Below, piece after piece: positions 57,811 through 64,000 of a stretch of DNA of 64,000 nucleotides. Source of the DNA: Pseudobdellovibrionaceae bacterium (GTDB lineage: Bacteria; Bdellovibrionota; Bdellovibrionia; Bdellovibrionales; Bdellovibrionaceae); NCBI GenBank assembly GCA_039810425.1, contig JBDHWW010000003.1, positions 64,001 to 128,000 on the forward strand, in the 5' to 3' direction. The first letter of the stretch is position 1; every line of letters begins with the position of its first letter. A program made the position numbers and the translations under genes. The notes beneath the pieces are model-generated. The model saw nothing but the letters and a program-made list of their open reading frames with translations. It had not been told where the DNA came from and did no database searches.

Positions 57811-59094
57811 CTATCTCTTCAACTGAATCACTTCGTTCAGCAATTCGTCAGTCGTCGTGATCGTTTTCGCGTTGGCTTGGAAGCCACGTTGGTTTTGGAT
57901 CATGTTTACGAACTCTGTTGCCAAGTCGACCGTAGAACGCTCCAGAGACTTCGCGAAGAGCTTACCGCGGCCTGAAGAACCTGGAGCGCCCATTGATGGA
58001 CCACCAGAATCACGGGACTCTTTCAAGCGGTTGTTACCAACTTTAAAGAGAGCTTCTGGATTCTCGAACTTGGCCAGTGCGATCTGTGCCAAGTCAGAGG
58101 CCTGGCCGTTTGAGTAAACTGCCGTCAAATTCCCTTCGTCATTGAAAGACAATGAAGTGATCGTACCGGCCGCCGCACCATCTTGATGCCAGCTGATCAA
58201 GTCAGAGTTCTTACCGTACTGCTTAGTACCGTCCAGACCCTTGCCGCCTTCCGCAATCGCATCACCGAAGTTTAATTTAATTTTTTGATTTTGCAGGGCG
58301 CCGCCTTTGAAGTTGAACTGAGAGTCCGTCACTTCTTGGCTGTCAAGTTTGCCGTCAACCGTGAATTTCAATTTACCTTCACAAACTTGGGACAAAGCAC
58401 CCTCTTCACCACCAGAAACCTCTTTGCCGTCAACCATGCCGTGGAAAGACCATTCTCGGTCCGCTGTCTTATTGAAGAACATGCTGAGCAAGTGCTTGTT
58501 ACCCTGCGAATCGTACATCTCAACGCCCGTAGAGTAGTGAGACGTCGAATACGGATCTTTGCTATCGAATTTCTTAGTGGCCTCCATGCGGGAATCCAAG
58601 TTCAGATCCAACTTCACTTCCGTTGTGCCTTTTGCCGGAATGAGAGCGCGTGGGAACTTGATATCAGCCATTTTGTTCAAGATATTGCCTTTTTCGTCCG
58701 CTTGGAAACCTTGAACACGTTGATTGTCATTTGTTACGAGGTAACCTTCTTTATCAAAGTGGAAAGAACCATCACGAGTGAATGAGTCACCATCCGAACC
58801 ACGAACTTTGAAGTAACCGTCGCCAGAGACCGCCAAGTCAGTAACCTTTTCCGTCGCATCCACGTTACCTTGGGAAAGGATGGGATTCACCGCGCCGATC
58901 TTCACACCACGACCGATTTGGTTACCGCCGAGAATACCTTTTAAGTTCTTAGAGATAATATCTTGGAATTCCGCGCGGCTTGCTTTGAAGCCAATCGTAT
59001 TTGCATTGGCGATATTGTCAGAGATGACCCCCAAGGCTTCACCTTGAGCGGACATACCAGAGACACCTGTGTACAGTGATGAAAGAATACCCAT
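57811..59094 (-). CDS. flgE: Flagellar hook protein FlgE
   Basis: SLYTGVSGM...ISDNIANANTIGFK, DLAVSGDGYF, LERSTVDLATEFVNMI..QRGFQAN. Confidence 0.97.
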   Translation of the reverse strand: MGILSSLYTGVSGMSAQGEALGVISDNIANANTIGFKASRAEFQDIISKNLKGILGGNQIGRGVKIGAVNPILSQGNVDATEKVTDLAVSGDGYFKVRGSDGDSFTRDGSFHFDKEGYLVTNDNQRVQGFQADEKGNILNKMADIKFPRALIPAKGTTEVKLDLNLDSRMEATKKFDSKDPYSTSHYSTGVEMYDSQGNKHLLSMFFNKTADREWSFHGMVDGKEVSGGEEGALSQVCEGKLKFTVDGKLDSQEVTDSQFNFKGGALQNQKIKLNFGDAIAEGGKGLDGTKQYGKNSDLISWHQDGAAAGTITSLSFNDEGNLTAVYSNGQASDLAQIALAKFENPEALFKVGNNRLKESRDSGGPSMGAPGSSGRGKLFAKSLERSTVDLATEFVNMIQNQRGFQANAKTITTTDELLNEVIQLKR

Positions 59095-59226
59095 ATGACC
59101 TCCATGTCATTCGACGTCTTCATTCGGAATCCGTCGTATTTTGGAGGGCCCCCTCAATGAGGTCCGGCCCTATTATTAAATTTTTCTCAAGCCAGCGATA
59201 TTCGACCGCCCGCCTGTTTTCTTATT

Positions 59227-59652
59227 TTACATTACAATCGTGCTGTCGATGTTTGTGAACACGTTCTCTTTAAGCGCATTCTTATCCATCACGGTCACGA
59301 CTGTATTGTTCTTCACACTCACGATCAAAGCTGAATCGTTCATCAAGATCAGCGAGTCTTTAGAACCTTTTGCAGCTGCCTTGCCAACCGCTTCACTCAG
59401 TCTTGAGATATCCTCAGGACTGAAAGTGATCCCACGCGTTCTCATTCTGTCCACCGCGTGATTTGAAAACTTAATCCCTTCCTTGATCGCCGTTTGCGCG
59501 GCTCCTTGTTGAGCGGGGCCCTGTAAATTGCCCAAACTGTTCAAGGTGTCTTGGAAGGAAGGCCCGACATTTTTTCCTACAGGGGACTTGAGTCCTCCCG
59601 TGGTCGTCGGCTGTGTTAAGCCTTCAAAGCCTTGTAGCTTCTTCAAGTCCAC
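59227..59652 (-). CDS. Flagellar operon protein (TIGR02530 family)
   Basis: IKFSNHAVDRM..RGI...KAAAKGSKDSL...VSVKNNTVVT...NVFTNIDS; lies between flgD and flgE. Confidence 0.88.
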   Translation of the reverse strand: MDLKKLQGFEGLTQPTTTGGLKSPVGKNVGPSFQDTLNSLGNLQGPAQQGAAQTAIKEGIKFSNHAVDRMRTRGITFSPEDISRLSEAVGKAAAKGSKDSLILMNDSALIVSVKNNTVVTVMDKNALKENVFTNIDSTIVM

Positions 59653-60687
59653 TTACTTCATCTCCTTCGTTAGCTTCGCCATCATCTCTCTGGAGAGCCC
59701 CACATTATCCATGATGTTGCTCTTCATCGGTGCGGCGGTGTTAGCTGCAACAGAAGGAGCTGCTTTGGTCGCAGACTCTTTACTTGCCTCTTTTTTAGTT
59801 TCTTCTGTTGGAGCGCCTTTCTTCAAGTCCTGTGCAGTAACATCTGTCACTTTCTGGTCGTTACTCATAAGGCTTGGGTCTGTAATCTTACGAACGTCGC
59901 GCATTTTTATCGATTGATTCCCGACCATTAGCACAGGGCCCTCAGGCGTGTAGTTGATACCCGTGATGATTCCATCGAAATCCGTTTTCACTGCAATCTT
60001 CTTTTCGCCTTGCTTGGCTTCGACCGCAAAACGATAGTCACCAGGATTCTGGTTCACGCCTTTGTCATTCTGACCATTCCAAGAAATTTTGTTCTCACCT
60101 TTCTTGAGGCCCTTCAGGTCGTAAGAGCGAACCACTTCACCATCCCCGTTGTACACCTTAACATTGACGTCAGTAGCATCCATCGGCAGATTGAATTTAA
60201 AATCATGGTCTTTGTCATTCACGTTGCGAGTCACTTTCGATGAATCACCCGCCACCGCTTTTCCTATCAGGTTCAGCGCTTGATAGTTCTCTTGCGGCTT
60301 CATGCCGTTTTTCATCTCGCTCAATGTCGAATTCATATTCTGCATTTGCTCAAGACTTGAGAAGTTCGCCAGCTGCGCCGCCATTTCATGGCTCTTCAAA
60401 GGATTTGTCGGATCCTGATTTTTCATCTGGGCAATCATCAATTTGAAAAAAGCGTCTTTATCCAATTTGTCATTGCCGGCCGTTCTCATTTTCTTGGCAG
60501 GATCCACCCAATTTGGATCCGCCAATTTGTTGAGCATATCTCCGACATTGCCATTTTGATCACCAAAGGCTTTTTGCTGGTCACCAACAGATAAATTACG
60601 GGTCTGATTATTCATCTCCGCCGTTGGCACCGTCCCTTGGATGTCACCAAACGCCTTCGTTCCTAATTTCACTCCCATTGTACCCAT
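59653..60687 (-). CDS. flgD: Flagellar hook capping protein FlgD
   Basis: LDKDAFFKLMIAQMKNQDPTNP..AAQLANFSSLEQ; FlgD Ig-like SWNG. Confidence 0.95.
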   Translation of the reverse strand: MGTMGVKLGTKAFGDIQGTVPTAEMNNQTRNLSVGDQQKAFGDQNGNVGDMLNKLADPNWVDPAKKMRTAGNDKLDKDAFFKLMIAQMKNQDPTNPLKSHEMAAQLANFSSLEQMQNMNSTLSEMKNGMKPQENYQALNLIGKAVAGDSSKVTRNVNDKDHDFKFNLPMDATDVNVKVYNGDGEVVRSYDLKGLKKGENKISWNGQNDKGVNQNPGDYRFAVEAKQGEKKIAVKTDFDGIITGINYTPEGPVLMVGNQSIKMRDVRKITDPSLMSNDQKVTDVTAQDLKKGAPTEETKKEASKESATKAAPSVAANTAAPMKSNIMDNVGLSREMMAKLTKEMK

Positions 60688-60713
60688 TTAAAACCACCCT
60701 TCCTTGGATGTTA

Positions 60714-62606
60714 TTACGCTACGAGATTCAGGCCCTTACCTTTGCCAGCCGCCGCGTATTTATTTACGCTCGCAGTTTCAACCGGCTCGATGCCTTTATC
60801 AGAACGTGGACGCGGGTAGCCCCTCAAGCTTGGAATATCTACGAATGAACTGCGGTCTTGGTTGCCCGAGCCGAAGTTGTCACCGAAATTATTCCAGAAC
60901 TGGCGAGTTTGTTCTCGCGAGCCAGAGTTATTCTGATTCATCTGGTTTTGCGCACTGTTGTCGGTATTGGCATTACCCACAACATCTATCTTAACATGAT
61001 CCATCGAAAGTTTGTGAGCCGCCAAGCTATTTTTCAGATCGGAAAGGCCGCTTTCCAGAGTTTTCTTGGCCTCTTGCGTATCTGCCGCCATCTGAACATT
61101 CACCTTGCCGTCTTGAACCAGGACTTTCATATTGATCTTGCCCAAACCCTCTGGAGTCATCTCGACGTTCATCTCACCGCCACCCTTTTTAATCAGGTAT
61201 TGGGCTTGATCCATAATCTGCTTGATGTTGGCTTCATTCTCCGTTTTCGTCGCTACCGGGGCAGCTTGGGCTCCTGCGACCGCCACACTCCCCACTAAAG
61301 CTTCTTGCTTCAACGGAACGTGCTGAGATTGAAGTCCTTCCAGTCCGAGAGTTTGCTTAAAGTCAGCCTTCTCTGCAGATTTGGTTTTTGCTTCGAGCCC
61401 CCCTTTCGCAGTCCGGGCTGCGGAAGGATGACCTTCGCCTTGCCCTTGCATATTCTGCTGAGAATTCTTGCCAAACTCAAACCCCTTGGCTTGGTTTTGC
61501 GATGTGGCCTCGATGCTTGTCGCATCGGCTTTCATCGGCATTCTACCATGAGCGTTCTCGCTGCTTGGCGCGGCGCTGGATGTGTCCTCAAATTCTGAAG
61601 CCATATCCGTCATCTCGGCACGTCCCTTTGCCGCACGAGCCGTCGCAACGAGAGCGGCCAAGGCCACTTCTGGAGAGTTATCCCCCTCGCTGGTCTCCAT
61701 CGTGCTCTGCGCCGCCGGGTTTTGCAATTCCACGACCGGCTGTTGCGGGCGCTGATTCATCAGGCTCTCATCAATCTGCAAACCTTGCGGCTGCATGATC
61801 TTGTCCTGAATACTCATCTGCGCGAGTTTGTCTGCAAGGGGCGTGTCCATGCCTGTCGCGACATGATCCACGGCCCCACCCTTCATCCAAAACTTCTGAT
61901 TCATGCTATCAAGGGACTGATTCAAAGCATTGCGCTTATCCTGAGCCGACGCAAACCGGTCGCGCGAAAGCCCCATGGTGGCCGTCGCCCCGCCGAACAT
62001 AGGTTGCGTCGCCTGCTCAGGTTTCTGAGGTCGTGGTTCCACCTTGGAAATTTGCGCAAGTTGAGCAAGCAAACCCATATACATAGACTTGGCCTGATCT
62101 TCTTGTTGATCATCCAAATCCAACTGGCCAATCACTTGGTCCGCTGTCGCTTCTGGGGATTCCACTTGGTCATCAGCTTTGAGATTTGCCATCGCCTCCA
62201 CGATCTTTGTGGGAGGGACACCGAATTCACTCTCGAAAGAGTCCATGAAGTTCAGTATCGCATTTTCTCTCTGACTAGTCCCTTTGCTTTTCTTTTGTAC
62301 CCCGTTATCTTTTGTCGCCGCTACTTTTTCGGCCTTCTCATCTGATTCTCGTCGCTCAGCTCTCGGTGGTCTCTCTGCCGTATCCGTCTTATCGGCTTTG
62401 AGTGGAACTCTTTCGCGCATCGGAACTTTTTCGTCCCTGTCTTTGGCTTTCGGTGCAACCGGTGCTGTTTTTGCACTCAGTACACTGCCAAAGGAATCAG
62501 ACCCGGCTTTCTTCTCGTCTCTTGGGTTCTGCGCTTTCGCGCTCTCCTCAGGAGCCTTGAAGTCGGCGACACCCTTTAAGGGGGGTCCGACAATTGATGG
62601 TAACAA
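60714..62606 (-). CDS. fliK: Flagellar hook-length control protein FliK
   Basis: Long low-complexity N-terminal region; MTPEGLGKINMKV...LKNSLAAHKL C-terminal domain; upstream of flgD. Confidence 0.88.
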   Translation of the reverse strand: MLPSIVGPPLKGVADFKAPEESAKAQNPRDEKKAGSDSFGSVLSAKTAPVAPKAKDRDEKVPMRERVPLKADKTDTAERPPRAERRESDEKAEKVAATKDNGVQKKSKGTSQRENAILNFMDSFESEFGVPPTKIVEAMANLKADDQVESPEATADQVIGQLDLDDQQEDQAKSMYMGLLAQLAQISKVEPRPQKPEQATQPMFGGATATMGLSRDRFASAQDKRNALNQSLDSMNQKFWMKGGAVDHVATGMDTPLADKLAQMSIQDKIMQPQGLQIDESLMNQRPQQPVVELQNPAAQSTMETSEGDNSPEVALAALVATARAAKGRAEMTDMASEFEDTSSAAPSSENAHGRMPMKADATSIEATSQNQAKGFEFGKNSQQNMQGQGEGHPSAARTAKGGLEAKTKSAEKADFKQTLGLEGLQSQHVPLKQEALVGSVAVAGAQAAPVATKTENEANIKQIMDQAQYLIKKGGGEMNVEMTPEGLGKINMKVLVQDGKVNVQMAADTQEAKKTLESGLSDLKNSLAAHKLSMDHVKIDVVGNANTDNSAQNQMNQNNSGSREQTRQFWNNFGDNFGSGNQDRSSFVDIPSLRGYPRPRSDKGIEPVETASVNKYAAAGKGKGLNLVA

Positions 62607-62639
62607 AACACTTCCTCCTTCCTTGGAAAAAGACTCGTT

Positions 62640-63485
62640 CTATTTTCTTTTATACCCTGCAAACTTCTCAGAAAGGCTTTGAGCCTTATCTGGCTTTAAC
62701 AGATTCATTATATCAGCGGCGTTTTTCTTTTTCATACGCCCAAGTATATCCACCGCCAAATCCTCGTCCATCGTCTCAAAGACTTTAGCCGCTTGTGGCG
62801 CCTTCATATCCGAGTACATTTGGACCAAGGTGTCGATTTTCTTGTCGTCGCCTTTTACTTTCTCTTCAAGGACACTCGAGATGCCACGACGTACGTCCTC
62901 AAGATCCTTCAAGCGTTTATCGAGCTCTTCTTTTTGCGCCGTCAGTTCCTGCTCCATGCGATTGAGTTCTTCTTCGCGCTCATCGAGTTCTTTTTTCCTG
63001 TCATTCAGCTTTGAAAGATGATCAATCTCTTCATCGCCAATGGCTTTCTTGCCGCCTTCGGCGAGAACAGCGTCATTCTTCGCAACTGCGGTTCCGCCCT
63101 CAGGATTCGCAGCCGCTTTGTCTTTTGCCTCAGCAGCGGGCTTTGCTTTCGGCGCCTCTTCCGCGTTCGCAGACCCCAAGAATGAAATCTCGATGCGCTT
63201 TACGTAGTGCTCAACGAGTTCGTAGTTTTGAAAACCGTAAGCCGTCACCATCAAACCCATGAACGAAACGCCCATCATCTTCCAAGGAATGGATTTACGT
63301 TTTTTCTTTTTCTTGGTTGCCGTCGGCTTCATTCCCATGCGCAGCTTCAATTGTTTTTCGATATCTTCTTCTGAAAGTTCAAAGTGAACATTGGAAGTAG
63401 AGAACTGACGAGTCGGTCGTGTGACTTCGCCGTCGTTCGCGGCTTTGCGGGCATTCTTGAAGAATTGATCGTATCCAGTTTTCAT
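62640..63485 (-). CDS. MotE/FlbB-like flagellar protein (coiled coil plus MgtE_N-like domain)
   Basis: TM helix, coiled coil, LVQMYSDMKAPQAAKVF..M...AVDILGRMK...AADIM. Confidence 0.8.
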   Translation of the reverse strand: MKTGYDQFFKNARKAANDGEVTRPTRQFSTSNVHFELSEEDIEKQLKLRMGMKPTATKKKKKRKSIPWKMMGVSFMGLMVTAYGFQNYELVEHYVKRIEISFLGSANAEEAPKAKPAAEAKDKAAANPEGGTAVAKNDAVLAEGGKKAIGDEEIDHLSKLNDRKKELDEREEELNRMEQELTAQKEELDKRLKDLEDVRRGISSVLEEKVKGDDKKIDTLVQMYSDMKAPQAAKVFETMDEDLAVDILGRMKKKNAADIMNLLKPDKAQSLSEKFAGYKRK

Positions 63486-63706
63486 TACTTTCAGTTTATC
63501 GTTTGCTCACAATCTCCGCAAAAAATCCGCGCAAGACTCGACCAAATTGTTATTCCATACTCTGTCTATTTTACATCCCACCCAAGGTCTGGGAAAGCTC
63601 TCCCGTGTTGGCTTTCCAAGCCTTTGGTCATTTTATCTGATATCTGTCAGAATTTGCAAGCAAACCAATTAAAGTGTTTTTTAAAAACTACCGAGCAGAA
63701 GTTTAT

Positions 63707-64000
63707 ATGAAAACAACACTCGGCTTAAAGAAACAACTGGTCTTTGGTTTTACCCTTATCGCTCTCTTGGTGACAAGTCTGAGTGGCCTTATCGGCTTTC
63801 TCGGAACGTCGAAAGCGGTCAATGATCTGACGATGTTAGACCTTGAACATCTTTTGGCCGGCAGCGAATCGGCTATTCAGATTTCAAATCAAGAAAATAT
63901 CGATAGCCAAAAAGTTCTGATGGAGTATTGGCTGCCGCAAATTCAGAGCAACCTTGAAATTGCTAAAGAACCCGCGCACACCTATAAAATCACCAATCAA
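63707..64000 (+). CDS. Partial ORF running off the window end; probable chemoreceptor or membrane sensor N-terminus
   Basis: My translation MKTTLGLKKQLVFGFTLIALLVTSLSGLIGFLG...ITNQ is open to the end, with one TM helix then a periplasmic segment. Confidence 0.55.
   Translation, partial: MKTTLGLKKQLVFGFTLIALLVTSLSGLIGFLGTSKAVNDLTMLDLEHLLAGSESAIQISNQENIDSQKVLMEYWLPQIQSNLEIAKEPAHTYKITNQ

Noticed and set aside
2121..59094. The 55 kb between flgE and fliL as one inserted island
   Set aside because: It contains core genes (ileS, lspA, pcrA, HU, pfkA) and no integrase, tRNA or flanking repeats

Overview
A 64 kb bacterial chromosome segment. Gene content suggests a Bdellovibrionota-like predator; this is inferred from the gene set, not from a marker gene. 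Two minus-strand flagellar blocks bracket the window: fliL-fliM-fliN-fliO on the left, and a MotE-like gene-fliK-flgD-TIGR02530-flgE on the right. Between them lie housekeeping genes (pcrA/uvrD, suhB, PBP1B, ileS-lspA, lgt, ptrB, yacG, HU, pfkA, livKHMGF) and many exported or outer-membrane hypothetical proteins. I found no rRNA, tRNA, CRISPR array or mobile element. The top candidate for a novel system is at 30549-35619: a sigma54 promoter, a radical SAM/SPASM maturase, a small unannotated precursor-like peptide with a SCIFF-like KHIK leader and one Cys, a CHASE2 sensor kinase and a sigma54 enhancer-binding response regulator. This layout suggests an autoregulated peptide-signalling RiPP circuit. 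The second candidate is at 3026-8016: a sigma54-driven operon of two tandem secreted proteins with ADP-ribosyltransferase-fold motifs plus a membrane protein, divergent from a secreted nucleoside-phosphorylase-like protein. It is followed by an exported protein with seven 20-aa two-Cys repeats. All functional calls come from motifs read by eye; no database searches were run.
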